Numbered from the stretch's first letter, positions 22,808 to 34,466 are shown. The stretch is DNA of 64,000 bases from an uncultured Planctomycetaceae bacterium (GCA_963833985.1 CAWIAD010000002.1:1664001-1728000); one strand, 5' to 3'. Numbers and translations are program-made. Notes: a model not told the origin generated them from the letters alone.

Positions 22808-23845
22808 ATGAGATCGCGCAAAAGACCGGTCACACGTCGTCGGTTCTTGACCCTTGCCGCACGGGCGGCCGCTCTGGGTGCAGTCATGTCCGGCTGGAGA
22901 TCGTTGCCGGCCGCATCAGGGTCAGGGGCTGCGCGGCCGGCCGATTGGCCCGGCTCCAGCGAGCCAGTTGCTGCGCAGTCCGCGCCCATCCGGATCGGCA
23001 TCCTGCTCGGGACGTTCGGCCGCGGGACTCTGGCGGATCGCCTTGATGCGGTCAAGGCGAGCGGCCTCGATTGCGTGCAGCTCAGCTTCGACTGCGCCGG
23101 TTTGCCCGACATGCCCCAGGCCCTCCCGCCGGAAGTTGCCGAACGCATCCGCCGGCAGGCGGCCGATCGTGGAATCACGATCGCTTCCGTGCAGGGCACC
23201 TTCAACATGAGCCATCCCGATCCCGCACATCGCCAGGCCGGCCTGCGCGCGCTGCGGGTCATCGCCGAGGCCTGCCCGCGGATCGGTACATCGAAGATTC
23301 ACATCTGCACGGGCACGCGCAACAGGAGCAGCATGTGGGGGAACCATCCTGACAACCAGCGGCCGGAAGCCTGGCGCGACATGGTCGCCTGCGTTCGCGA
23401 GGCGGCCGACATCGCCGGGCAGGCACGCGTGGTTTTGGCGTTCGAGCCCGAGGTGAACAACGTGGTGAACTCGGCGCGGCAGGCGCGCAGGCTGCTGGAC
23501 GAGATCGGCTCGCCTTCATTGAAAGTGACGATGGACGCGGCCAACCTGTTCCATGCCGGGGAGTTGCCGCGGATGAGAGAGATCCTCGACGAGGCGTTCG
23601 AGCTGGTCGGCAAGGACATCGTCCTGGCGCACGCGAAGGACCTGGACCACGACGGCGACGCAGGGCACTTGCCGGCCGGCCACGGCAAGCTGGACTACGA
23701 CTATTATGTGGCCCTGTTGCACCGCGTCGGGTTCCCGGGGCCGCTTTTGCTGCACGGTCTCAGCCCGGCACAGGTGCCCGGCTGCGCGAGCTTCCTGCGG
23801 ACGAAGATCGGACGCCTGGCCACCCCCGCTCCCGAGGGCCGCTGA
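22808..23845 (+). CDS. Tat-exported sugar phosphate isomerase/epimerase (AP endonuclease 2 TIM barrel)
   Basis: TRRRFL Tat motif; LAFEPE, MDAAN, HAKD and GHGKLDY motifs. Confidence 0.85.
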   Translation: MRSRKRPVTRRRFLTLAARAAALGAVMSGWRSLPAASGSGAARPADWPGSSEPVAAQSAPIRIGILLGTFGRGTLADRLDAVKASGLDCVQLSFDCAGLPDMPQALPPEVAERIRRQAADRGITIASVQGTFNMSHPDPAHRQAGLRALRVIAEACPRIGTSKIHICTGTRNRSSMWGNHPDNQRPEAWRDMVACVREAADIAGQARVVLAFEPEVNNVVNSARQARRLLDEIGSPSLKVTMDAANLFHAGELPRMREILDEAFELVGKDIVLAHAKDLDHDGDAGHLPAGHGKLDYDYYVALLHRVGFPGPLLLHGLSPAQVPGCASFLRTKIGRLATPAPEGR

Positions 23846-23889
23846 CCGCGTGAGCGGCCCCATTGCCTGGCCGGACGGCTCGCTTCGGC

Positions 23890-24982
23890 TCAGGAATGCT
23901 TGGCCCTGGAAGAGCCGCCCTTGCGCGGGCTGCCGTCGCCGCCGGCCGGCTCTCCATAGGCGGGTTCGGGTACGGTCTGCTGGATCCTGTCGATGATCTG
24001 GTCGGCGTCCACGCCCTCGGCATCGGCGTTGAAGTTCGTGAAGATGCGATGCCGCAGCACGGGCCGCAGCACGGCACGGATGTCCCCCGCGCTCACCGCC
24101 AGACGACCGTGCAGGATGGCGCGTGCCTTGGAGGCGAGGATCAGGTACTGGGCCGCGCGGGGACCGGCGCCCAGGCCAGCCAGTTCTTCACGAAGTCGAG
24201 CGCACGGGCTCCTTCGGCCGGGTGGCGCGCACCAGGTCCACGGCGTAGTCCACCATGTGCTCGCTGGCGGGGATCTCGCGCACCAGTTGCTGGATCCAGA
24301 GCAGGTCGCGGCCCGAGAGGATGGGCCGGATCTCCTCGCTGGTGGCCTGCGTCGTGGCCGTGACGATGCGGCGCTCCTCGTCGCGAGTGGGATAGCCGAT
24401 GTTGATGGAAAGCATGAAGCGGTCGAGCTGGGCCTCGGGGAGCGGGTAGGTGCCTTCCTGCTCGATCGGGTTCTGCGTGGCCATGACGAAGAACGGCGGC
24501 TCCAGCTCGTAGGTGCTGTTGCCGGCGGTCACCTGGTATTCCTGCATGGCCTGCAAGAGCGCGGCCTGGGTCTTGGGCGGAGTGCGGTTGATCTCGTCGG
24601 CCAGGACGATGTTGGCGAAGATCGGCCCGTTCACGAACCGGAAGCCGCGCTTGCCTGTGGTGGCATCTTCCTCGATGATCTCGGTGCCGGTGATGTCGCT
24701 GGGCATGAGGTCGGGCGTGAACTGGATGCGGCTGAACTTCAGGTGCAAGGCGCGGGCCAGAGTGGCCACGGTCAAGGTCTTGGCCAGGCCCGGCACGCCG
24801 ATGGTCAGGCAATGTCCGCGGGCCAGCAGGCAGATGAGCATCTCCTCGATCATCTGCTCCTGGCCAATGATCACCTTGTGCACCTCGCGGCGGAGCAGCT
24901 CTCCGGCGCGTTGCACGCGCTGCACGGCCTCTTCGGGGCTGGTCCTGGCGGGCGCCGGAGCGGGCTGGGTCTGGCTGGACAT
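23890..24982 (-). CDS. MoxR-family AAA+ ATPase; frameshifts near 24170-24210
   Basis: GVPGLAKT Walker A, RIQFTPDLMPSD, LADEINR, ATQNPIEQEGTYPLPEAQLDRF; C-terminal PVLRHRI. Confidence 0.92.
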
Positions 24983-25242
24983 TCCAAACGGCTCCTGGTC
25001 GAGAATTCGCTGGCCGCGGACGGCGTTGTCCGCGGCACGGGGATGGTCGTGGACCGGAATTCCGGGCGGGAGCGGCCCTCGGGCGGCCTGCGATAACTCC
25101 CTGGAAGCCCGGAGATTCGTGACCTTCTTCGTTTCTATCCTACCTTATTCCTGGGATAATCGTACGTGGCGGTCCGCCGATTCTCGCGGCGCAGCGACCC
25201 GCGCGTGCCGCCTCGCGCGCTTCCGCTTCCAGGGTGCAACCG

Positions 25243-27363
25243 ATGCACACCGCTCGTCTCCGCACAGTCGTGTTCGCCGTCCTGGCCCTGTCGGCTGGCC
25301 AGGGACCGATGGCAGCCGCCGGACAGGAGGCGCAGCAGCACCCGGAGCCGGCCGGTGGTCCGCCGCTTCAGCGCAGGGTGCAGTTCCCCCAGGGATCCGC
25401 GCTGCCGGCCATCGTGATGACCGAATTCTTCACCCAGGGCGAGCTGTCGGCCAGGGGCGGCAACCTGGCGGTTCAGGACGGCCACGGCAACCCCGTTCCC
25501 TGGAGGATCCTCCAGCAGGGCCCCGGAGATTTCTGCCGGCTCGCCTTCCAGACGGCCGCGCGGCAGCACCTGTACAGGATCTGCTACGGCGGCAAGGACA
25601 CAAACGCGCCAGCTCCGCCCTGGACCAGCGCGGCGGGCCTGTTGCTCGAGACCCGCCACTGGAGCAACTGCAATTTCAATCATCTGGAAGAAGTCCAGGC
25701 GACGTTCCATGCCGCCGAGCCCTTCGGCAGCGCCTTCGTGCCGGCAGTCTTTCACCGCTTCAATCCGTTCTGCCCCGATCCCGTCCCGTTCCTCAGCCAT
25801 TACCAGGGAAAGCTGCAAATCCATCGCCCGGGTCGGTACCTGTTCTTCACTTCCAGCCAGGATTGCAGCTTCCTCCTGATCGACGGCAAGGCCGTCGTCG
25901 CTGCCCCCGGCTGGCACGGTCCCAGTCACGACGCGCGGCACCGGGGCGAGATCGAGGTCGCTTCCGGCCCGCACGAGTTCGAGTACTGGCACGGCGTCTC
26001 GGGTGGCGAAACCTGCATGGTGGCGGCCTGGCAGCCACCTGGAGCCGCCCGGCCGGAGGCGATCCCGGCGGAGGCGTTTGGCTCCCAGGCCATCGCACAG
26101 TTCCCGGCAACACCGGTAATGCACGCCCACGAATACACGGTCGACGTTGCCGGCGAGGTCGCACTGGACGACAGCGAGACGCCGCTGGTGCGCGTGCAGT
26201 TCCGCTCGGTCTGGGCGCGGTCCGCTCCAGCACGGCCCAGGCTGCACTGGGACTTCGGCGACGGCCAGACCAGCACGCTGGCCGACCCGGTGCACATTTA
26301 CCTGCGGCCGGGGCTGTACCAGGTGACCATGAAGGCCGCCGGCGAGACCGACGCGCAGGCCGCGGCCAACCGCGTGCCGATTCACCGGGCTCTGGTCTTC
26401 GCCGACCAGCAGCATCCCGGGGACCAGCTTGCTGCCTACCTGACAATCCTGGGTACGTACGATCCCGTGAAGCTCGACCCGGACGGGCTCTTGCAGCTCG
26501 CGCGGGCGCTCGAACAGGGAGGTCAATTCGATCGCGCCGCGAGGGTCGGCGAGACCGGCTTGCTGGAGGGCCGTGAAGCGACCGACGCTCCGGCTGCCCT
26601 GGCGGCGGTCCGGCTGGTGGGCGGCCTGCTCCGCGTCCAGCTCGATGATGCCGCACGCTCTTTCCATTTCTGGAAGGCCGCCGCCGATGCGCTCCGCCCC
26701 GGTGCCTGGAAGGCCGAATGCGAGATCGAGGCGGCGGACCTGGCACTCTCGGTGCTGAACCAGCCGGGCCCGGCCAAGACGCTGCTCGAGGCCGCCACCA
26801 ACCACCTGCAAACCCTGGACGAGCCCGCACTCACCAGCCAGCTCCAGCGTGTCTGGGGCGACTGGTACGCGCGGAAGGGAGACAGGTCCTCGGCGCTGGC
26901 CGCCTACCGCCGCGCCATGGCCGCCCGCGAGCGGCACAAGAGTGCGGTGGTGCAGGACGCATGGCGCGGTGCTCACAGCCGGTCCACCGAGGAGTTCCTG
27001 CGCGACAGGGCACTCGACCGGGCCCGGATCGAGCTGGGCCGCTGGCAGGACGAATACCCGATCGACAAGGTGGAAGGCTATCTCACCTTCCTTCAGGCGC
27101 GTTACTGGTTCAGTCGCGGCAGGTGGCCACAGGCCATCGCGCTGGCCGGAGACCTGCTGGCGATCAATCCGGACTCGCCCTATGCCGACCGCCTCGTCTA
27201 CCTGGCCGCCGAGTCCGAGGAGAAGCTTGGACATGCCGATCGTGCCCGGGCGGGCTATCAATCGCTGCTCAAGGACTATCCCGGCAGCCCGCTGGTCGGC
27301 GAGGCCAGGAAGCGGCTCGAAACCCCTGGCCGGAAGCCTGCCAGCGCGAAGGGAAAACCGTGA
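25243..27363 (+). CDS. Secreted PA14-like/PKD + TPR protein
   Basis: Signal peptide; SQDCSFLLIDG; WDFGDG...H.Y..PG.Y.V (PKD); C-terminal TPRs ending Y..LL.DYP.S. Confidence 0.8.
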   Translation: MHTARLRTVVFAVLALSAGQGPMAAAGQEAQQHPEPAGGPPLQRRVQFPQGSALPAIVMTEFFTQGELSARGGNLAVQDGHGNPVPWRILQQGPGDFCRLAFQTAARQHLYRICYGGKDTNAPAPPWTSAAGLLLETRHWSNCNFNHLEEVQATFHAAEPFGSAFVPAVFHRFNPFCPDPVPFLSHYQGKLQIHRPGRYLFFTSSQDCSFLLIDGKAVVAAPGWHGPSHDARHRGEIEVASGPHEFEYWHGVSGGETCMVAAWQPPGAARPEAIPAEAFGSQAIAQFPATPVMHAHEYTVDVAGEVALDDSETPLVRVQFRSVWARSAPARPRLHWDFGDGQTSTLADPVHIYLRPGLYQVTMKAAGETDAQAAANRVPIHRALVFADQQHPGDQLAAYLTILGTYDPVKLDPDGLLQLARALEQGGQFDRAARVGETGLLEGREATDAPAALAAVRLVGGLLRVQLDDAARSFHFWKAAADALRPGAWKAECEIEAADLALSVLNQPGPAKTLLEAATNHLQTLDEPALTSQLQRVWGDWYARKGDRSSALAAYRRAMAARERHKSAVVQDAWRGAHSRSTEEFLRDRALDRARIELGRWQDEYPIDKVEGYLTFLQARYWFSRGRWPQAIALAGDLLAINPDSPYADRLVYLAAESEEKLGHADRARAGYQSLLKDYPGSPLVGEARKRLETPGRKPASAKGKP

Positions 27364-28100
27364 TGAAGATTCTGGCTTTTCAGCGCATCCTGGTTCTTGC
27401 CTTGTGCCTCCCCGTGCCGGCCGCCCGCGCCGGCGACCTCACCGTTGAGCTCGGCAGGGCCTTCGACGCGACCAGCGTGGGCGCGGTCCAGCGCTGGGAC
27501 GAGGACGGCAAGGCCCGCTTCCCTGTCGATCCGAAGGCAAAGATTACCGAGCCCAGGCTGGACGCCCGGGCCGTCCGCGTGGGCGCGGGGAAGTGGGTCT
27601 TCCGGAACCTGCCTGCCGGTCACTACGACCTGGTCGTCCTTGGGGCAGAGCGAGTACGTGTCGAGGGGTTCCGTTATCCGCCGATCAACGAGTTCGACCC
27701 GTTCCTGGCCCCGGCCGCGGCCCCTCCGGAGGACGAGACGCGCGACTGGATCATCAAGCACATTGCGAAGTCTCAGCACTACGAGAACAAGGTGACACCG
27801 TTGTTCCTGGCCGGCGATGACAAGCAGGTGCGCATCCTCATGCAACTGGTGCGCGACAAGCCGACGAGCTACGACGCGGAGTTCGGCGCACCCGTCGCGA
27901 CGGTGCGGCACGAGGTCTGGCAGTACACCAACAAGTACGGCGGCTGGGTGAAAGACCGCCGCACCGAGGTGCTCGACCGCGTACTGCTGGCCAGAAGCGA
28001 ATTCATGCGCTGGACCTGGGTCTGGGAGCCGAAGCTGGGAGGGATCGAGGTCGGCGCGCAGCCCGTGGCCGTCACCTGCGAGCCTCCCCGCTACCTTTGA
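27363..28100 (+). CDS. Secreted hypothetical protein
   Basis: ATG overlaps the upstream TGA (TGATG); signal peptide MKILAFQRILVLALCLP; FRNLPAGHYDL Ig-like motif. Confidence 0.75.
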   Translation: MKILAFQRILVLALCLPVPAARAGDLTVELGRAFDATSVGAVQRWDEDGKARFPVDPKAKITEPRLDARAVRVGAGKWVFRNLPAGHYDLVVLGAERVRVEGFRYPPINEFDPFLAPAAAPPEDETRDWIIKHIAKSQHYENKVTPLFLAGDDKQVRILMQLVRDKPTSYDAEFGAPVATVRHEVWQYTNKYGGWVKDRRTEVLDRVLLARSEFMRWTWVWEPKLGGIEVGAQPVAVTCEPPRYL

Positions 28101-28274
28101 CCGTCAAACCGCCCGCGGCTGGTTCCCGGAATGAGCCATGCCGGCCGAGTACAGGAGTCGAGCCCAAGGGACGCGCGACGAATGCCGCCAGAGCCGTCCA
28201 CCAGAAGGCGGATATGGCGATGGTACGGCGCCCCATTTTCATGGGCTCTCCGGGGTGATTTGTGACCGAAGCGA

Positions 28275-29078
28275 TCAGGCGTGGTCGCATCTTGTCTGGT
28301 TCAGCTTGAGCACCCACTCGCGTTCCTCGGGGGAGAGCGGCAAGTCATCCGGCAAGGGGCGGTCGTGATGCAGCGTCCGGCGATAACGGCCCAGGTCGTA
28401 CACCCGGGTCACAAGCTCGCTCAGGTCCATCTCGACATCGGGGGTCGGAGGGCGCAGGGGAATGGGTAGAGTGGGCAGCCGGTCGTGGAGCGACCATCGG
28501 TACACGGCGGCGACTGGCAAGCGGGCGCCTCGAGCCACGATGACGTAGTAGCGGCCGAAATCCAGGCGCTCTTTCATGGGCAACGGTTGTCCTCCCAGGA
28601 GCAGGTCGATCTCCACCAGGTTGATCTTCTGCGCATGGAGCTCCTCGCGCTTCGCCAGATAGCTGGGCCGGCCCGGCCAGGACTTATTTCCCGGTGACAG
28701 TAGCTCGATGACGGTCACCAGCTCCAGCTCGGGCAAGCGCCTGATCTCGACCCAGGTGTGGCGAACCTCTTCCGGATCGCGCTCGAGCACCTCGTTGAAG
28801 ACTGGCTCGATGGCCGCCATGCCGGAACCGAGGGAGCCGGACCGTTCTTGCGATTCCGGCCGGTCGTGCCTGGCGACCAGCACGTCGGGACGGTAGGAGG
28901 TTTCTGGGTTCAGATCGGAACCAGTGATTTCAATCGACTCATCGACGCGCACGACGTATTCGTCGGGCAGGCGAACTCCCAGGAAATTGCACATCTCGGT
29001 GATGAGCCGGTTGTGGAAATCCTGCCAGTTGCCTTGCGATTCGATATACGGGTCCATTCCAGGGAACGGTCCGGCCAT
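28275..29078 (-). CDS. DUF4058 family protein (PD-(D/E)XK/Uma2-like)
   Basis: PFPGMDPYIE...WQDFH, PDV, IELLSPGNK and LVEIDLL motifs. Confidence 0.9.
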   Translation of the reverse strand: MAGPFPGMDPYIESQGNWQDFHNRLITEMCNFLGVRLPDEYVVRVDESIEITGSDLNPETSYRPDVLVARHDRPESQERSGSLGSGMAAIEPVFNEVLERDPEEVRHTWVEIRRLPELELVTVIELLSPGNKSWPGRPSYLAKREELHAQKINLVEIDLLLGGQPLPMKERLDFGRYYVIVARGARLPVAAVYRWSLHDRLPTLPIPLRPPTPDVEMDLSELVTRVYDLGRYRRTLHHDRPLPDDLPLSPEEREWVLKLNQTRCDHA

Positions 29079-29176
29079 GGTTTGAACTCCGTGGAATGTT
29101 GCGATTCCATCTTCATGCTATCCGAGGTCGCAATTTGGGGATAGTTGCCGGACGGCGTCCAGGAGCAAGGATAAAG

Positions 29177-29212
29177 GACAAGAGGATAGACAGGACGACA
29201 AGAGGATAGACA
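29177..29212 (+). repeat. 16-bp direct repeat GACAAGAGGATAGACA x2, period 20 bp
   Basis: Exact copies at 29177-29192 and 29197-29212, upstream of DUF4058. Confidence 0.8.
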
Positions 29213-29879
29213 ACGCACTCTTTCGATGAAAGAAGGACAAGGCCGGGCGAACCTGGGCGGCTGCGCGGCGCGGTGAGATGTCGACGACGGCGTGGCGATG
29301 CGTGCGATGCGGCGCGGTGCAGGTCGGGCTAAACGCTGGATTCTGGTCGGGCTCACGCCCGAGGTTGGGGGCTGCGCCCGTGAAAACCACGTGCTTACGC
29401 ACGTGGCCGTGCGCCGAACCGCACCCGCCGTACGACGTCCTGGGACGATGCCCGCAGAGTCCATCACGCTCGCGCACGGTGGCGTGCGTCGCGGGCTCCA
29501 GGTGTGGCGGGTGTGTCCAGCGCGGCGACGACGCACCAATCCGCGGCACGGGCTCGGGCGGAAACCGACGCGGCGATGTCCACATCGCACCGGATGGAGC
29601 GACTGCAAGACATCCTATCGCAGGCCAGGTGCACGCCCCGGCACGCAAGCATCGCCTGCCGTACGAATACACCTGCCCGACGGCTGGGGGGGAAAATCAA
29701 AAATTCCCCCGGATTCCTCCGATTTTTGGCGGTTTCGGTCGGATCCTCATAGATAGACGGCAGATCCCGGCGCATCGGCCGCGGCTTGCCGAGGAGGCCG
29801 CTCCTCAGGTGAACCGCCGGCCAGGGCCGCTCTGCGCACCGCACAGAAGTCCTGCACCACCAATAAAGAAAGCAACACC

Positions 29880-31564
29880 GTGGCCAGTACAGCCCAGATC
29901 TCGGCCAACCGCCGCAACGCCGCAAAAAGCACGGGGCCGAAGAGCGACCAGGGCAAGGCCCGCGCACGGCTCAACGCGCTGAGGCATGGCGCCAACGCCC
30001 GCATCGCCATCCCCTTCCTGCCACAGGAAGATCCGAAGGAGCTCGCCGAACGGATCTTGCAGTGGACGTTCGAACTCGTGCCGCGCAACGACGTCGAACG
30101 CACCCTGGTCGGCCATGCCGCACGCCTCGACTGGCAGATCGACCGCGCCGAGCGGGCCGAGACGGCTTACCTCGCGGCTCGCGTGCACCGCCAGCGCGAC
30201 CGCGACGAGGCCACGCGGCTGAAGCAGGCTCACATCCTGGGCCGCAAGCTGCTGGACACCCTCGACCCGCGTGAGCGGTTCGGCAAGGCCGAGTACTACG
30301 ACGACATGCCCGCCGTCTTCCTCGCCCGGCTCGAGCAGCTCCCCGAGGGCTGCCGCTGGCTGCTGGCGCGGTGGTCCGAGTTCCGCAACCTCATCGACGT
30401 GCGGGCCGCCTGGAGCGAGACCGACCACTACCGGTTCCTGCGACTCATGGGCAAGAGCTTCCTGGAAGGCATGATCGACCCGGCCGCCAACCGCGTGTTC
30501 CAGGCCGTCGACGCGATCGACCCGGGCCAGGGCCGCGAGCTCTGGGAGCTGTTCCGCAACATGAAAGCCAGCTCCGGCCCCTACTTCAGCGGCGCGATGC
30601 CGTGGCGGCGCTCTCGCGCCCGCCGGCGAACGCGAAAGAGGGCTGGGAGGTCCTCAGCTCGATCGTGGACGAGGCGATCCACCGGCTGGAAGCGCGGCTC
30701 GGCGAGCACGAGGACCTGGAGCAGATGGAAGCCGACGCCGAGCCCGACCGCGCGGTCTTCGCCGCCAGCAAGGCCCTTGCGGTCCTGCGCCGGCACCAGG
30801 GTGCGCTGACCCGGGAGCTGCTGCGTACGCTGACCACGCTGTCGAAGCTGCAAAAAGCCGAGCTCGGCGCCGACAACAACAACGAAGCCGACCGCCTCCC
30901 CATGCCGGTTGTCCATGAGCCGCAGGTCGGCCCCGCGCCCGAGCCGGACGCACGTCAACCACACGATGAATCGCGCAATGGCCGGAATGAAGGGGATGAT
31001 TCCGGGATGGCGTCGAGAGGGGGCATCTCGCCGCACGCAAAGGTCTGCAAGAAGGTGGGTTGCGCTGCGCTGACCCACCCTACGGGTGGTTCACCACGAG
31101 TTTCTCGGAGTGTCTTGAACGAAGCCAATGTTTTGGCGATGCAAGTTGAGAGTGGCAAGGAGGATACAGCCGTAGCGGAGCGCGACCGGCGGCCAGAAGG
31201 AAGCCAATCGGGCACGCGCCTCGGGCAGGATGCGAATGGAGGGGAACAGCCGGGAATGGCTACAGATCGCCCGGGAATGGGAAGTAAGGAGACGATGACA
31301 AGCATGAAGAGGGGTATCTCACCGCACGCAAAGGTTTGCAAGCCGGTGGGTTGCGCTGCGCTGACCCACCCTACGGGTGGTGCTTCACGAGTTTCTCAGA
31401 GTATCTTGAACGAAGCCAATGATCTGGCGATGCAAGTTGAGCGTGGCAAGGAGGATACAGCCGTTACAGAGCGAAACCGGAGACCAGAAGGAACCCAAAT
31501 TGGAACGCCCTTCAAGCGTGGTCCAGGCGGACGAGTCGGGAGTGGGCGCGCGCCACGGTGCTGA
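29880..31564 (+). CDS. Hypothetical protein of the 'ANRRNA.KSTGP' type with a repetitive tail; frameshift near 30610
   Basis: N-terminus STAQISANRRNAAKSTGPKSDQGK...NALRHG; helical body continues in ORF 30371..31564. Confidence 0.65.
31015..31510 (+). repeat. Two ~200-bp direct repeats (period 291 bp), each with a GTAG-type REP palindrome
   Basis: GGTGGGTTGCGCTGCGCTGACCCACCCTAC identical at 31054-31083 and 31345-31374; surrounding sequence is similar (RGGISPHAKVCK...NEAN twice). Confidence 0.85.
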
Positions 31565-31804
31565 GGCTACGCAGGCGGAGGTTCGCCCGGTCGTGGACCG
31601 ACAGTGAACGGGACCGCGCAAGTTCTCCGGTCCTTGCCTCGACGGTCCGGATCGTCGCGCCGCCATGTGTCGGGGTGTGCGGGAGGTGGTGTAGTAACCT
31701 CTTCATGAAGGGGCGAGGTCACGGGAACGCGATTGTTGCGATCCTCTCGAGACTGGCACGGGCCGTGGTTATCATCCAGTGAGTGAACCGGAGGAACAAC
31801 GACC

Positions 31805-33007
31805 ATGAGAGTCCCTCGCATTCGTCTGGCTTTGGTGGCAGGTCTCGGCTGGTGCTGGTGTCTTTGCGCCGCGGGCGGTGTGTCGGCGGCAAGCGATGGG
31901 CCCACGTCCGCCGCGGCGAATCCCCTCGCCGACTCCGCGCTCTTTCCGATCGCCGTCTGGTTGCAGGATCCGGCCCAGGCCGCGAAGTACAAGGCTGCCG
32001 GGGTCAACCTCTATGTCGCGCTCTGGAAAGGGCCGACCGAGGCCCAGTTGAAAACCCTCCGCGCCGCGGGCATGCCGGTGATCTGCGAGCAGAGCCGGGT
32101 CGGGCTGTCGCACCGGGATGACCTGATCATCGTGGGCTGGATGCACGGGGACGAGCCCGACAACGCCCAGGAGATTGTGGATCGGTCCACCGGCAAGCGG
32201 AGTTATGGCCCGCCGGTTCCCCCCGCGCGGATCGTGGCGGAATACCAGGCCATGCGCGCCGCGGACCCGACCCGGCCGATCATGCTCAACCTGGGGCAGG
32301 GGGTCGCCAACGATGACTGGAAAGGCCGCGGCCCGGGTGCCAGCCTCGACGACTATCCGAAGTATGTGCGGGGCGCCGACATCGTCTCGTTCGACGTCTA
32401 CCCCGTCGCGGGCCTTGAGCGTTCCGACGGCGATGAGCGTCTGTGGTACGTGGCCAGGGGGCTGGACCGGCTTGCGCGCTGGACCGGTCCGCGGCAACGC
32501 GTCTGGAACTGCATCGAGTGCACGCACATCAGCAACCCGAAGGCCAGGGCCACGCCCCACCAGGTGCGGGCCGAGGTCTGGATGTCGCTCGTGCATGGCT
32601 CGCGCGGGCTGATCTACTTCGTGCACCAGTTCCAGCCCAGCTTCAACGAGCACGCGCTGCTGGACGACCCCGAGATGCTGGCCGCGGTCACGGCGATCAA
32701 TGGCCAGATCCGCGAGCTCGCCCCGGTTCTGAACAGGCCGCAGGTACCGGGCGTGGCGCGGGTGCGCCCGTCGAACCCCGAGGTTCCCATTGATCTGACG
32801 GTGCGGCAGCAGGACGGCACGACGTACGTCTTCGCCGTCGGCATGCGCAACGCCCCGTGCCGGGGCGCGTTCGAGATCCGCGGACTGCCGTCGCAGGCGG
32901 CCGCCGAGGTGCTGGGCGAGGGACGGCGCGTCCACGTCAAGGAGGGCCGGTTCGAGGATGACTTTCGGGCCTATGACGTGCATCTTTACAGGATCGGACG
33001 GGAGTGA
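31805..33007 (+). CDS. Secreted putative glycoside hydrolase-like TIM-barrel protein
   Basis: Signal peptide; [19 protein letters not shown] and [16 protein letters not shown]-terminal beta domain. Confidence 0.65.
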   Translation: MRVPRIRLALVAGLGWCWCLCAAGGVSAASDGPTSAAANPLADSALFPIAVWLQDPAQAAKYKAAGVNLYVALWKGPTEAQLKTLRAAGMPVICEQSRVGLSHRDDLIIVGWMHGDEPDNAQEIVDRSTGKRSYGPPVPPARIVAEYQAMRAADPTRPIMLNLGQGVANDDWKGRGPGASLDDYPKYVRGADIVSFDVYPVAGLERSDGDERLWYVARGLDRLARWTGPRQRVWNCIECTHISNPKARATPHQVRAEVWMSLVHGSRGLIYFVHQFQPSFNEHALLDDPEMLAAVTAINGQIRELAPVLNRPQVPGVARVRPSNPEVPIDLTVRQQDGTTYVFAVGMRNAPCRGAFEIRGLPSQAAAEVLGEGRRVHVKEGRFEDDFRAYDVHLYRIGRE

Positions 33008-33107
33008 GCCCCTTGCAGCGATGCTCCGGCTGGTCCATGCTAGGAGAGTTCCCTCGCCCGGTTCGCACCCGCGACACACGCTTTCCTTTTCACGGGAGGC
33101 TTCGTCC

Positions 33108-34458
33108 ATGCGTGCCCCACTCATTGCGGAGGAGAGACGGCAACTCGCCGCGACGACGCGGCGCGGCTTTGCACAGGCCGCGGCCGGCTGTGCCCTCTCC
33201 GCGCTGGCCATGCCCACCATCGTCAGGGCCAGGAACCTCCCCGACAAACTCAACATCGCCCTGGTGGGCGTGGGCGGCCAGGGCGCGGATAACCACAGAA
33301 CGGTCGCCGCCGGCAACACCATCGTCGCGCTCTGCGACGTGGACGAGAACAGTCTGCGTGAAGCGGCGAAGACCAGCCCCGGTGCCCGAACCTTCCATGA
33401 CTTCCGCAAGATGCTCGATGAGCTGCACGGCCGGATCGACGCCGTGGTGGTGAGCACGCCCGATCATACGCACGCGGTGGTTGCGAAGTCGGCCATGGAG
33501 CTGGGCAAGCACGTCTACTGCGAGAAGCCGCTGGTGCACTCGATCCACGAGGCGCGGGTGCTGGCCGAGACGGCCCGGCGGCACAAGGTGGCAACCCAGA
33601 TGGGCAACACGGGGCACTCCAGCGAAGGCACGCGCCGCGTCGTGGAGGCGATCCAGGCCGGCGCGATCGGGCCGGTGCGCGAGGTCCACGCCTGGTCCAA
33701 CCGCCCGATCTGGCCGCAGGGGATCGACCGTCCCGCCGATCGCCCGCCCGTCCCCCGGCGCTGCACTGGGACCTCTGGCTTGGCCCCGCGCCCGAACGGG
33801 CCTACAACCCGGCCTACCATCCTTTCAAGTGGCGCGGCTGGTGGGATTTCGGCACCGGCGCCCTCGGCGACATGGGTTGCCACATCATCGATGCGGCATT
33901 CTGGGCATCGACCTGATCGATCCTCACGCGATCGAGGCGGAGAGCCCGCCGATCTCGCCGCATCCGGAAACCGCTCCCGCATGGTCGATCGTCCGCTACG
34001 AATTCGCGGCACGCGGTAACCGACCGGCGCTCAAGCTCTTCTGGTACGACGGCGGCAAGCTTCCTCCGGCCGAACTGTTCGACGGGCACGTGCCGGGGAA
34101 GGATGCCAACGGCAGCCTCTTCGTGGGCGAGAAGGGACGGCTGCTGGTCGGCGGCGATCGCGGCCGCGGCTACCGGCTGCTGCCCGAGGCGCAGTTCGGC
34201 GGCTACGCCCCGCCCAGGGCGACGCTCCCGCGCTCGCCCGGCCATCACGCCGAGTGGATTGAAGCCTGCAAGACGGGCAAGCCGACGGGCACGAACTTCG
34301 ACTATGCCTCGAAGTTGACCGAACTGGTCCTCCTGGGCAACGTCGCTCTCCGCGCGGGGCGGCCGATCACCTGGGATGCGGCCGCCATGAAGGTCACGAG
34401 CGGTGCGCAGGACGATCTTTACATCGAGCGCGACTATCGCCCGGGCTGGGCACTGTGA
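33108..34458 (+). CDS. Tat-exported Gfo/Idh/MocA oxidoreductase; frameshifts near 33755 and 33905
   Basis: TRRGF Tat motif; VGVGGQG, STPDHTH, YCEKPL and [18 protein letters not shown] in the shifted frame. Confidence 0.9.
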
Positions 34459-34466
34459 GCAAGCCA

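Noticed and set aside
29177..29212. Possible CRISPR mini-array
   Set aside because: Only two 16-bp units with a 4-bp gap, and no cas genes.
31015..31510. Possible CRISPR or DGR template/variable repeat pair
   Set aside because: The spacing is too long for CRISPR, mismatches are not adenine-specific, and no reverse transcriptase is present.
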